A program made the translations under genes and the position numbers. Of a stretch of DNA of 64,000 bases, positions 9,666 through 18,727 are shown in pieces (positions within the stretch are counted from its first letter, which is position 1; every line of letters begins with the position of its first letter). Under the pieces are notes generated by a model. It saw only the letters and a list, made by a program, of their open reading frames with translations. It was not told the DNA's origin and did no database searches. The stretch lies in contig CAVXWO010000003.1 of NCBI GenBank assembly GCA_963765505.1, positions 1,453 to 65,452 of the forward strand, in the 5' to 3' direction. The stretch comes from an uncultured Actinomycetota bacterium (GTDB lineage Bacteria > Actinomycetota > Acidimicrobiia > Acidimicrobiales > Bog-793).

Positions 9666-10553
9666 TCAGCTCTGGAGATCCCCGACCGAGGACGCCAGGC
9701 GCTCGAGCTCGTCGCGCCAGTCCGCAGGTGACTCGAGCGGCCGAAGGACGAACTTCGAGAAGCCGACGGCGATGAAGCGCTCGAGCAGCTCGCGAAGGGC
9801 CGGGAGGCCGACCGGGACGAGCTCCTCCACCGGGCGGCCCTTGGACCGGGCGCGCAACGCGTCGCGGACCCGGTCGTCCAGGCGTTGTCGGGCGTAGCCG
9901 ATGCTCACCCCGAAGTGCTCGGGACTGATCTGCCGCCCGGCCTCCTCGGCGGCCCCGTCGACGACCTTGCGGCCTTCGGCAACCTCCTCCGGGGTGCACA
10001 TCGCGGGGAGCCAGCCGTCGGCCAGCCGTCCGCACCGCCTGAGCGCCGCTGGCGCGGTGCCGCCGAGCCACGCCTCGAGCGGCCGCTGGACGGGGAGCGG
10101 TGAGATGGTCGCGTCCTCGAAGCTCCCCGCCGGCCCGTGGTAGCTCACCTGCTCGCCGGCCCACAGCCGGCGGAGCACCGGGAGGGCCTCGTCGATCGCA
10201 ATCCCTCGCTGGTCGGGGGGTACGCCGACCGCGGTGCGCTCGGCTCCTCGGGGCAGTCCGGGAACGAAGGTCAGCAGGAGCCGCCCGTTTGAGAGCGAGT
10301 CGAGCACCGCGGTCTGCTTCGCCAGACGCACGAGGTTGCGTCCCGGCAGCAGCATCGTGGTGCCGAGCTTCAGCCCGGGATTGTGCGAACCGGCCCACGC
10401 CAGACCGACGAGCGGATCGACGTTTGGCGCGGTGAGCACCTCGGGCAGCCACAGCGAGTCGAAGCCCAGCTCGATGAGGTCGTCGCCCAACGACTCGAGT
10501 CGCGGTGCGTCCATCGTTGCCGCGCCGGTTCCGATCCCGATCCTGACCTTCAT
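9666..10553 (-). CDS. LLM-class (luciferase-like) F420-dependent oxidoreductase
   Basis: Starts MKVRIGIG, with FDSLWLPE, LGTTMLLPG, SNGRLLL and ADGWLP. The ATG at 10553 was verified in sequence. The 121-codon N-terminal extension in the track looks spurious. Confidence 0.85.
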   Translation of the reverse strand: MKVRIGIGTGAATMDAPRLESLGDDLIELGFDSLWLPEVLTAPNVDPLVGLAWAGSHNPGLKLGTTMLLPGRNLVRLAKQTAVLDSLSNGRLLLTFVPGLPRGAERTAVGVPPDQRGIAIDEALPVLRRLWAGEQVSYHGPAGSFEDATISPLPVQRPLEAWLGGTAPAALRRCGRLADGWLPAMCTPEEVAEGRKVVDGAAEEAGRQISPEHFGVSIGYARQRLDDRVRDALRARSKGRPVEELVPVGLPALRELLERFIAVGFSKFVLRPLESPADWRDELERLASSVGDLQS

Positions 10554-10859
10554 CGGCCGTCTCCCCGCTGCCGTCGATGGACGAGCCGGTCGCCGTCGCT
10601 CGCGCCTGGCGACAACCCGGAACGCGGCGTAGGCGCGCCCTGGGGCCCTCGACCGTCCTCGACCCACGGCTAGACGATGCAGGCGCACGTTCCCGGTGCC
10701 ACGGTACCGGCCGGGACCGCCGCATGGTCCTGGTCGCGCCGCGCGCCGAGGTCCGACGACCGTCGCCGGTTCGTCTCGGCCACGCTCCGAGCCGGAAGGT
10801 GTCGCGTCGGGGCGCGGCGAGCAACCGGTCGCGCAAGCCTCAGGCCGTCCCGATCGGGC

Positions 10860-10958
10860 CTCCAGGCCCAGCACAGCAGCGAGCCGTAGGGTCACGCCCG
10901 TGGCGGCGAGGAGCACCGGGGCCGCTGCGGCAAGCCCCCTCCGGTGCTCCTCGCCGCC
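10860..10958 (+). repeat. 99-bp intergenic repeat, copy A, with a perfect 18-bp hairpin
   Basis: 81/99 ungapped identity to 12036-12134. The stem is GGCGGCGAGGAGCACCGG (10902-10919) paired with CCGGTGCTCCTCGCCGCC (10941-10958), with a 21-nt loop. Confidence 0.7.
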
Positions 10959-11075
10959 AGGTCCCGGGCCGGCGTCGCATGTCCCGGATCCGGCCGGGCC
11001 TTAAGGCGCTGACCTGGCGAGTCGTCAGTACCGGCAGCACCGCACGCGTCCCGCGAGGGCGAGCGCCAGGCCCGC

Positions 11076-11759
11076 CTACCCGGACGTGATCGTCGCGCCC
11101 TTCGGCAGCGCGAAGTCGCTCGCCGGCGCCGAGGACGCGTACGCCGTCATCTCGACGTAGCCCGTCGAGCTCCCGCCGTAGGCGAGGATGCCCTTGGCGT
11201 TGGTCACGCAGTACTCGTAGCCCTGTGACTTCACCGAGACGCTGATGCACGTAGAAGCCTGACCGGCGAAGGTCTTCTCAGAGGTCGAGACCTTCACGCC
11301 GGCGATCTTCGCCGCGATCTCGGTCTGCAGCGTCTTCAGCTCGGTGACGACGCTCGCCGGGCTGAACAGTCCCTCGAGTCCCAGCAACGGGTTGGCGCTC
11401 GTCGTGAGGCAGACCGGATGGCCGGAGGTCGACCCGCAGTAGTAGGTCTTGCCGTTGAGCTCGAGCACGAAGCCCTGAGATGTGCCGAAGCGGGCGTCCG
11501 GCGGTCGCTGCTCGAAGACGAGCGTCGTCGACTGGCCCGACCCGTGCGTCGTATAGGTCACTTTGAACGTCAGGTGCTCTTCGGCCTGCAGCGACTTCTC
11601 GAGCGTGCTGAACGGCGGTGGCGACGGCTTCTTCGCCGGGAGCACGGAGGCGCCTGAGGCGCCGAGCGCGACCGCCGAGGCGGCGAACACGCCGAGCGCG
11701 ATCGTCGCGGTGAGGCGCCGGGCCGCCGGCCAGACGCGTGGTGTCGATGTGGTGGTCAC
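11076..11759 (-). CDS. secreted hypothetical protein (signal peptide, possible Tat-type RR)
   Basis: N-terminus PAARRLTATIALGVFAASAVALGASGA followed by a mature domain with four Cys residues. I recognise no family. Confidence 0.7.
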   Translation of the reverse strand: MTTTSTPRVWPAARRLTATIALGVFAASAVALGASGASVLPAKKPSPPPFSTLEKSLQAEEHLTFKVTYTTHGSGQSTTLVFEQRPPDARFGTSQGFVLELNGKTYYCGSTSGHPVCLTTSANPLLGLEGLFSPASVVTELKTLQTEIAAKIAGVKVSTSEKTFAGQASTCISVSVKSQGYEYCVTNAKGILAYGGSSTGYVEMTAYASSAPASDFALPKGATITSG

Positions 11760-12035
11760 GTCACGGTCCCCTTCGTTGTCGGAGTTGCGCGTTGCACCAA
11801 GCCATCGTCGCTCGGCAGACCGCGAACGGCGTGATCCTGATGCACAGACCGCTCACAGTCAAGAGTCGGTTGCGCAGAGCATGCAGGGAGTCCATGCGGC
11901 GGCTTGGTATACGTCGGATGAGGCGACGTCCGGAGGACCAGCTGCGCGAAGAGCATCACCCGGTCGGCCTCTACTGCTCTGGCCGATCGATCGAGGATCC
12001 CGACCTCTCGATGCCTCAGGGGATTGCCATCCGGT

Positions 12036-12134
12036 CTCCAGGCCCTGCACAGTCGAGCGTCGTAGGTTCGCCCCCGTGAAGGCGAGGGGCGCCGGAGGCG
12101 CTGCGGGAAACCCGCTCCGGTGCTCCTCGCCGCC
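12036..12134 (+). repeat. 99-bp intergenic repeat, copy B (degenerate hairpin)
   Basis: Same orientation and same conserved ends as copy A (CTCCAGGCCC ... TCCGGTGCTCCTCGCCGCC). The 5' stem arm carries 4 uncompensated mismatches. Confidence 0.7.
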
Positions 12135-13012
12135 GAGTCATGGATTGCCGTCCTGCGCAGGCCTCGCTGTGGTCAGGTCCCTGGATGGCCGGCCCTTCGT
12201 CGCGTGCAGCAGGTGAGATCCGAGGAGCAGAGCCGGAAGGGACCAGGTGCGTCGGGTGCCGAAAGAAGCCGAGCCGGTGGATTCCGTGATCGACGGTGAC
12301 GTGGTGGCGGTCACAGGCGGCGAGGATCTCGGCGATTGCACTCGTCCCGGTGACGACGACGCCCGGGTCACCGAGGCTGCGGTGGAATCGGCCGCCGCCC
12401 CGCGGCACGTCGGCGCGACCCCTCGAGGGCCGGACGCGCACCGTGGCCGGGACGAGCACCGCATTGGCTCGGACGATCGCCGGGCACGAGGCGCTCCACT
12501 CCGACTCGACGATCTCCGAGAACCGTCCCCGTGGGCGCACCGCTATCCGATCAGCTTCGCCTGACGGTCGTGCCCGAGGCACGGGTTGTCCGAGGTGGCG
12601 AACGAGAGCGGTCCGAGCATCCACTTGCGCAGCATCCAGCCGTCGACATCCAGACGTCGACGACTCGGATGCCACGCTCTGCGGCGGCGGCGGCGCCAGC
12701 TCGGCGTCGGCGATCTCCTCCCTCGCCGCGCACCTGCCCCCGCGGAGCGAGCTGAGCCGGGCGGCATGCCGGTTGGTCAGCACCGGCCGGTCGTGCCAGG
12801 GAGGCGCCAAACCGGAGTGTTCGAACACCGGGGCGCGTGGCCAGGTGTCTCCGCACCCCGTCGGTTCCGCGGGCGCACGTTCGCGCCCGCCGTGGCGCGA
12901 GCGAGCGCAGCGGGGCGGCGTCCGACGGGGCTCGCCCGGGTGACGCGGGCATGCTGTTCGTGCCGCGGGGTCTTCGGTCCGACCACGTCGAGCGAGCGGA
13001 GGACTTCCTAGC

Positions 13013-13651
13013 GTGACGACGACCGACGACCCGACGACGCCCGCACGGGGCGGAGCGCCCGAGCTCGCCCTGCCGGAGGTCGAGCGCCCCGAGCCGGCCG
13101 TCGACGCGCTGCTGCAGCGCCTTGCCGTGGCGCACATCGGCGACACCTTCAACCAGTACGCCGAAGTTGGCGAGGGTCCGGCTCGTCTGGACCGGCTCCG
13201 CCGCTATCTGACGCCGCGGTGGGCGAACGCGGACGTGGTGCTGGTCGGCGAGGCTGCCGGATACCGCGGATGCCGCCTGTCGGGGATCGCCTTCACGAGC
13301 GTCCGTCAGCTCGGCGTCGGCACAGTGAGCGAGCTCTCCGCGTCGGTCGTGCACCGGGCGCTCGCCTCGTTCGGCCTCGAGGACGAGGTGATCCTCTGGA
13401 ACGCGGTGCCGACGCATCCCCAGGCCGGCGACGACCCGATGACGAACCGGAGCCCGAGGCGCCACGAGGTCGAGCTCGGGGCCGGATTCCTGAAGACCGT
13501 GATCGACGGGCGCCGTGCCGTGGCGGTCGGCCGGGTCGCCGAGCGGCGCCTCGGTCCCGGATGCGACGCCGTCCGCCACCCCGCGAGGGGCGGAGCGGTC
13601 CTGTTCACCGAGGGATTGCGGAGACTCTTCGGGCTCGAGGAACACGCCTGA
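13013..13651 (+). CDS. uracil-DNA glycosylase superfamily protein
   Basis: Contains VLVGEAAGYRGCRLSGIAFTS and NAVPTHP, then RHP near the C-terminus. This fits the UDG family 4/5-like architecture. Confidence 0.8.
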   Translation: MTTTDDPTTPARGGAPELALPEVERPEPAVDALLQRLAVAHIGDTFNQYAEVGEGPARLDRLRRYLTPRWANADVVLVGEAAGYRGCRLSGIAFTSVRQLGVGTVSELSASVVHRALASFGLEDEVILWNAVPTHPQAGDDPMTNRSPRRHEVELGAGFLKTVIDGRRAVAVGRVAERRLGPGCDAVRHPARGGAVLFTEGLRRLFGLEEHA

Positions 13652-13811
13652 TCCGCCGGGCCGTGGCTGCGTGCACCGGATCCCTGGCCTGTTTGCCCCA
13701 ATCGATGGCTAGTCGGCCGCCGGCCCCGAGAACCCCGGGGGCAGCGAGCGCCTTTGCGCTGCGCAGGTCGAAGCCGGCCCTGCTGGCCTGCAACCGGGCC
13801 ATGTCTAGCCC

Positions 13812-13833
13812 GACATGTCATGTTGGACATGTC
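13812..13833. promoter_or_regulatory. candidate PadR operator (GACATGTC-N6-GACATGTC, containing ATGT-N8-ACAT)
   Basis: ATGT (13815-13818) and ACAT (13827-13830) are separated by 8 nt, about 30 nt upstream of the padR-like start. This matches the generally reported PadR half-site spacing. Confidence 0.5.
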
Positions 13834-13863
13834 AAGACCGACTGCCGCGTAGGAAGATGCCGC

Positions 13864-14394
13864 ATGAGCCTCCGCCACGGCCTCCTCGGACTGCTCGCCG
13901 ACGGTCCCGCCTCCGGCTATGACCTGCTGCGCAGGTTCGACAACTCGTTGGTGAACGTCTGGCCCGCGAGCCAGAGCCAGCTCTCTCCCGAGCTCAACAA
14001 GCTCGCTCGGGACGGCCGCGTCGAGGTCGTCGAGGAGGGAGGCCGCCACCGCAAGACCTACGGCATCACCGAGGCCGGCCGCGCGGAGCTGAGGCACTGG
14101 CTCGTCGAGGTCCCGCCGGTGCGAGCGCCGCGAAGCGAGGCGCTGCTACGTGTCTTCTTCCTGCGGACGCTCGATCCCGATGAGGCGCGGGGGTACCTGA
14201 GGAAGGAGGCCGCCGCGTACCGGGGGTGGCTCGATCACCTAGAGCAGCTACGCGACGAGTTGCCCTGGTCCGACAGTGGCTTCGACCGGTTCGGGCGCAT
14301 CGCCCTCGAGAGCGGGATCCGCACCGCCGCGGCGCTGATCGAGTGGGCCGAGTGGGCGGAGCACGAGACGGAGCACCGACCGGCCGGGCCGTGA
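13864..14394 (+). CDS. PadR-family transcriptional regulator
   Basis: Starts MSLRHGLLGLLADGPASGYDL, with WPASQSQLSPELNKLARDG and YGITEAGR. ATG at 13864 is in frame with the track ORF. Confidence 0.9.
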   Translation: MSLRHGLLGLLADGPASGYDLLRRFDNSLVNVWPASQSQLSPELNKLARDGRVEVVEEGGRHRKTYGITEAGRAELRHWLVEVPPVRAPRSEALLRVFFLRTLDPDEARGYLRKEAAAYRGWLDHLEQLRDELPWSDSGFDRFGRIALESGIRTAAALIEWAEWAEHETEHRPAGP

Positions 14395-14399
14395 CCGTC

Positions 14400-15185
14400 C
14401 TATCTCCAGCAGTCGCTCCCGGTGGTCCCGGGCGCGGCTCGTCCTCGGTCCAGGATGGCGCGGCCGTGCAGCGCTCGGCGGTGAACCCGCCACCGGGCTC
14501 CTCCGGAGTGTCCGCGGGACGCCGCCGTCACGCCGACGTGACGCCGCTCGCACCGGCCAGTCGGCCGCGAAGCACCTCCGCTCCCCGTGCCGCCGAGCCC
14601 GTCGGCGGCGACCCGGCGCCCGGTCATGGCGAGGAGCAGCGACATCGCGGGGCCCGAGACCTCGGGGCCGGAACCGTGGGACCAGTCGGCGTCGGTCGCC
14701 ACGAGCCGCAGGCCGTCGATCCGCTTCTTCGATCCGAGCGGGAAGTTCGCTCCCTTGTACAGGTCGAGGCAGGCGAGCGTGGCGTCGGCGGGGGTCGTCC
14801 CCTGCAGGCCGAGCGCCTCGCGGATGTCCTCGCCGTGGATGACCACCTCGCCGAGCACCGTCACGACGGTCGCCGGTGGGCGGTTGGTCGTGGTGGTGCG
14901 GGCACGCAACCGCTCCACGATCTCGCCGGTACTGAGCGCCCCGAGGCGACGCGCGTCTCGGTCCATCATCGTGTTGAAGCGGAAGCCGTTCGCAGCCATG
15001 CCGCTGAAGAAGCCGAGCACCGTCTGCTCCGCACCGGCCACGACGTGCGCCGCGGCGAGCTTCACCGTCCATCCTGCGCACAGGGACGGGCTGGACCACT
15101 GCTCCGGCGAGAGTCCCGCCAGCGTGTCCGCCAGTGCGTTCCGCTCCGAATGGATCATCTGCCACGTCTTGACGTTGTCGGGCAT
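14400..15185 (-). CDS. mycothiol-type maleylpyruvate isomerase family / DinB-like protein (3' end uncertain)
   Basis: N-terminus HSERNALADTLAGLSPEQWSSPSLCAGWTVKLAAAHV. ATG at 15185. After a C4 run (14583-14586) an alternative frame gives a family-like end (AEVLRGRL...) with a stop at 14528. Confidence 0.75.
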   Translation of the reverse strand: MPDNVKTWQMIHSERNALADTLAGLSPEQWSSPSLCAGWTVKLAAAHVVAGAEQTVLGFFSGMAANGFRFNTMMDRDARRLGALSTGEIVERLRARTTTTNRPPATVVTVLGEVVIHGEDIREALGLQGTTPADATLACLDLYKGANFPLGSKKRIDGLRLVATDADWSHGSGPEVSGPAMSLLLAMTGRRVAADGLGGTGSGGASRPTGRCERRHVGVTAASRGHSGGARWRVHRRALHGRAILDRGRAAPGTTGSDCWR

Positions 15186-15511
15186 GTCGGTCTCGCTCTC
15201 TTTAGGCAGTCCCCGGTGCAACGAGCGCAGCACGCGAGGCGCTGGGCAAGCGTGGGGCGGCTGATCTCCTGGAAGCACGAGCCGATGTCGGCGACCGCCC
15301 GCTCCTCCGACCAGACGAGGCGGCGATCTCCCGCCGGCGGTGCTCGGCCAGCGCCTTCGACGCCCCGTCCACGTGGCGAGTGTAAGCTCAGTCTTTCGTA
15401 AGAGTCAACTAAACAAGGCTCGAACGGGGCGATGCGCCCTGATCGTGGTCGCCCGGTGGCAAAAGGCCCGGTGACGGCCGGCAGCGGGCGAGAGAGAAGA
15501 GGGGGCCCGAG

Positions 15512-15907
15512 ATGTCGTACGCCTTCACCGTGTCCGACATGCTGCCTGCCGCGCCGCAGGCCGTGTACGACGCCTGGATGGACAGCGGAGGACACAGCGC
15601 GATGACCGGCGGCCCCGCGGAGGTCGACCCCGCGGTGGGCGGCGCCTTCACGGCCTGGGACGGGTACATCACTGGCGTCACGCTCGCGCTCGATCCGGGG
15701 CGCCGCATCGTCCAGTCGTGGCGGACCTCGGAGTTCTCCGGGAGCGACGAGGACTCCCGCATCGAGGTCGACCTCGAACCTGTCGAGCAGGCCACGAGGA
15801 TCACCCTGCGCCACAGCAATGTGCCCGACGGCCACCTCGGTTACGAGAACGGTGGGTGGCAGGAGCACTACTTCGATCCGATGAAGGTCTACTTCGCTGC
15901 CTCCTGA
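15512..15907 (+). CDS. SRPBCC / AHSA1 (Aha1-like START-fold) protein
   Basis: 131 aa with APQAVYDAWMDSGGHSAMTG, WRTSEF and GYENGWQEHYFDPMK-like motifs. The RBS is AGAGGGGG. Confidence 0.85.
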   Translation: MSYAFTVSDMLPAAPQAVYDAWMDSGGHSAMTGGPAEVDPAVGGAFTAWDGYITGVTLALDPGRRIVQSWRTSEFSGSDEDSRIEVDLEPVEQATRITLRHSNVPDGHLGYENGGWQEHYFDPMKVYFAAS

Positions 15908-16318
15908 GCGAACGCCGGTCGTCCTGCGCGGCCGGTCGCGTTGCTCGCGAGTCACTCCGGCCGAGCCTGCCGGAGCGAGCGAGGTTCCCACGCCGGACTC
16001 CGGCGGCCCGTCGGGCCTGACGGTGTCATCGGAGGAACCGGAGCACCCTCTGCGAACACCCCGACACGACAAGCCGTGACAGGTGCCACCGTGCACGCCG
16101 TGCCTGAGAGCCCGGAGCCTGAGGGCCGCGTCGACGGCGTCGGCGGGTGTCGGGCGACGACGCAGATGGGCGCGTCCCCGGCGCCCGTCGTCACGACTCT
16201 CCGCTGACTCTCAGCGAGCCCTCGCGGCGCGTTCGGACGAGCGACCGATAGTGGTCTCGTAAGCCCGAGCGATCCCTTTGAGAAAGGAACGGTACGGCCG
16301 GTTCGCCTGCCGACGACC

Positions 16319-16483
16319 ATGATGCTGCTAGCGATCTCCATTCCCGTCATGCTGCTCGCAATCGCCGTCGCGGTCGTCCCGCTCGTGTGGGTGATGGCCC
16401 GTGACGCCGGTCCGGTCACCGGCTCGGCCTCGGCCTCGTCCGTCGAGGCGGGCGCCACGGAGCGGGAGCTCATCGCCGCCTAG
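16319..16483 (+). CDS. possible 54-aa single-pass membrane peptide
   Basis: Below the track's size cutoff. The peptide MMLLAISIPVMLLAIAVAVVPLVWVM... has GC3-rich codons. No strong RBS is present. Confidence 0.3.
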   Translation: MMLLAISIPVMLLAIAVAVVPLVWVMARDAGPVTGSASASSVEAGATERELIAA

Positions 16484-16727
16484 CCGGCGCCGCACCGACG
16501 ATCATCGCGAGCGCCGCCCGGACGGCGGCAGAGCGGTGGTCCGAGGCGAGACACCAGCAGAGCAACGGGGAGGGAGTGGTTGTCTTCGACACGATCTATC
16601 CCGGCTGGTACCCGCCGTCTATCGCGCCGCGCCGTACCGGGCGCACGGCCGCCGGACACGACCGACGCAGAAGAACTCGATCTACCGGCAGGTCGGAGGC
16701 TCGGGCGCGATCGTGAGGCTGACCGCC

Positions 16728-18581
16728 CTACGAGGAGGTGGCGGGCACGTCGCCACGATGACCCTCGGGGTGAAGACCTGAGCCGGGAGGCCGCGCGCCG
16801 GCGTGGCCGTGGCAGCCGGCGCTGTCCTCGACCGCCTGGCGTCGCAGGCGGTCGAGGAGATCCGAAGCGCTGAACGTCGCCGCGAGCAGGCCGGTCAGCA
16901 CCTCGAGCGGCTCGACCTCGTCGCCGGTGAGCGCGCGCGGCGTGGAGCTCGCCAGCACCACGAAGCCGAGGTCGTCGCCGCCCGAACGCAGCGGCAGGAC
17001 CACGATCGCCCGCGCCGAGGCGCGTAGCGATTCGGTCCCGACGAAGCCCCGACCGGTGGCGTCGTTCGCGGTGTAGCAGGAGCTGACATCGACGACGAGG
17101 CCGGCCAGTGCGACGAGCTCGTGCTCGGAAAGCCGAGCCAGGACGGCACCGAGCGCACCGGAGGCCGAGACGACCTCCGGAGCGCCGCCGCCCGCGCGGA
17201 CGAGGCAGACCGAGTCCATCCCCGAGGCCGCTCGGAGCGCGTCGAGGGCCCGTTCGGGAGTGTGCAGCTCGAGGGTCAGCTTGGAGATCGACACTGCGGC
17301 CTGCGCGGCGCGCCGCCAGGGCGTCTCCCGGCCCCTCCAGCCGAGGACGCGGAGCCGCCGACCGAGCAGGTCCGCGCAGTCGCGGAGGAGCTCGAGCGTC
17401 CCGGGCGGCAGGGAGCTCAGCGACTCGACGTTGAGCGCGCCGATCGACCGACCCTCGACGGTCACCGGCACGCAGGCCTCCGCCATCACCCCCGGGATCG
17501 CCTCGAGGTAGTCGTCGCAGCCGGTGACGTCGTCGACGACGATCGCCTCATGTGCTGCCCAGGTCCTGCCTGTGATGCCGGCAGTCCCCGACATCCCGTC
17601 GAGCACCTGCCACAGCCCCCGCTGCGCGACACAGCGGAGCCGGCCACCCCGTTCGAGATAGAGGCTCGACAGCAACCCACGGCGGTGGAGGTGCTCGACG
17701 ATGGCCTCGGACGCGGAGCGGGCATCGCTCGCGAGGGCCACCCTGCGCACCAGCGCCTCGAACTCGGCCTCGTCCACCGCCACCGCACCGCCAGCGCGAC
17801 GAGCGACGGGTGCACCCGCTCGCGGCTCCTCGAGCGCATGTCCCGGCCAGGGCAGCGCCGGCCGGGCGAACAGGTAGCCCTGCGCCAGGTGGACCTGGGC
17901 CTCCCGCAGCGTCTCGAGCTCGTCGGCCGTCTCGACGCCTTCGGCGACGACGGTGCTGCCCACCTCCCGGGCGAATGCGACGAGGGAGTGGACGAGCGCG
18001 CGCCGGTTGCGGTCGTCGGCGACGCCTCGCACGAGCGAGCGGTCGATCTTCAAGAAGTCGGGCGAGAGCTCGATGACGTGGCGCAGGCTCGAGTGACCCG
18101 CCCCGGTGTCGTCGATCGCCAGGTGGGCGTGGCGCGAGAGCCACGGGAGCAGGTCCTGGCGCAGGCGCAGGTAGTCGGCGACCGCCTCCTGCTCGGTGAC
18201 CTCGATCACCAGCCGATTCGGCAGCACGCCGCGCAGCGCAAGCAGATCCGGCTCGGCCAGGACTGCCGGGCTCGCGTTGACGAACAGGAGGGTGTCCCCC
18301 GGTGGCGGCCCGAGCGCGGCGATGGCGCGCCAGCAGGCGATCTCGAGACGCGGCCTCATGCCGAGCTCGCCCGCACGCTCGAGCCACCAGTCCGGGCCGA
18401 GATGCGGGCGCGTCGGCATGCGGGCGAGCGCCTCGTAGCCGACGATGGCCAGGTCGGCGAGGCGCACGACCGGCTGGACCACCGGGCGGATGACGCCCGG
18501 CACGCAGAGCCCCTCCAGGGTCGCTTGGAGCGACACGTCGTCGACCGGAGACGTTGCTCGCGAAGGCACGCTAAACGGCAT
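16728..18581 (-). CDS. EAL-domain c-di-GMP phosphodiesterase with two C-terminal GAF domains
   Basis: EAL signatures are YEALAR, EVTEQ, DDTGAGHSSL, KIDRSL, EGVET and QGYLFARP. About 360 aa of GAF-like sequence follows. Confidence 0.85.
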   Translation of the reverse strand: MPFSVPSRATSPVDDVSLQATLEGLCVPGVIRPVVQPVVRLADLAIVGYEALARMPTRPHLGPDWWLERAGELGMRPRLEIACWRAIAALGPPPGDTLLFVNASPAVLAEPDLLALRGVLPNRLVIEVTEQEAVADYLRLRQDLLPWLSRHAHLAIDDTGAGHSSLRHVIELSPDFLKIDRSLVRGVADDRNRRALVHSLVAFAREVGSTVVAEGVETADELETLREAQVHLAQGYLFARPALPWPGHALEEPRAGAPVARRAGGAVAVDEAEFEALVRRVALASDARSASEAIVEHLHRRGLLSSLYLERGGRLRCVAQRGLWQVLDGMSGTAGITGRTWAAHEAIVVDDVTGCDDYLEAIPGVMAEACVPVTVEGRSIGALNVESLSSLPPGTLELLRDCADLLGRRLRVLGWRGRETPWRRAAQAAVSISKLTLELHTPERALDALRAASGMDSVCLVRAGGGAPEVVSASGALGAVLARLSEHELVALAGLVVDVSSCYTANDATGRGFVGTESLRASARAIVVLPLRSGGDDLGFVVLASSTPRALTGDEVEPLEVLTGLLAATFSASDLLDRLRRQAVEDSAGCHGHAGARPPGSGLHPEGHRGDVPATSS

Positions 18582-18727
18582 GCACTCACTGACGGCACCG
18601 CGGGGCGCAGGGTTCAGCGTTGTCCGGATGGGACGAACGCCAGTGAGCCGGCCCCGCTTGCTTCGGCGCGTTCACTGGCTGCCGGCGATCGGGCTCCACG
18701 CGATCGAACGTGGCGGGAGCGGCGGGC

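Noticed and set aside
9666-10916. N-terminal 121-codon extension of the LLM oxidoreductase ORF, and the overlapping 444-aa ORF at 9502-10836
   Set aside because: The family-typical start MKVRIGIG begins at the ATG at 10553. The upstream codons are Arg/Gly/Pro-rich and run across intergenic repeat copy A.
10860-10958. The 99-bp repeat as a known riboswitch or SRP/ykkC-type RNA
   Set aside because: I compared it by eye with the cobalamin, TPP, glycine, ZTP, guanidine-I and SRP consensus cores and found no match. The second copy shows uncompensated stem mismatches rather than covariation.
16000-16727. A possible degraded GGDEF domain downstream of the EAL-GAF-GAF gene
   Set aside because: Three-frame translation of the minus strand shows no GG(D/E)EF, RxxD or DxLTGLxNR-like remnants.
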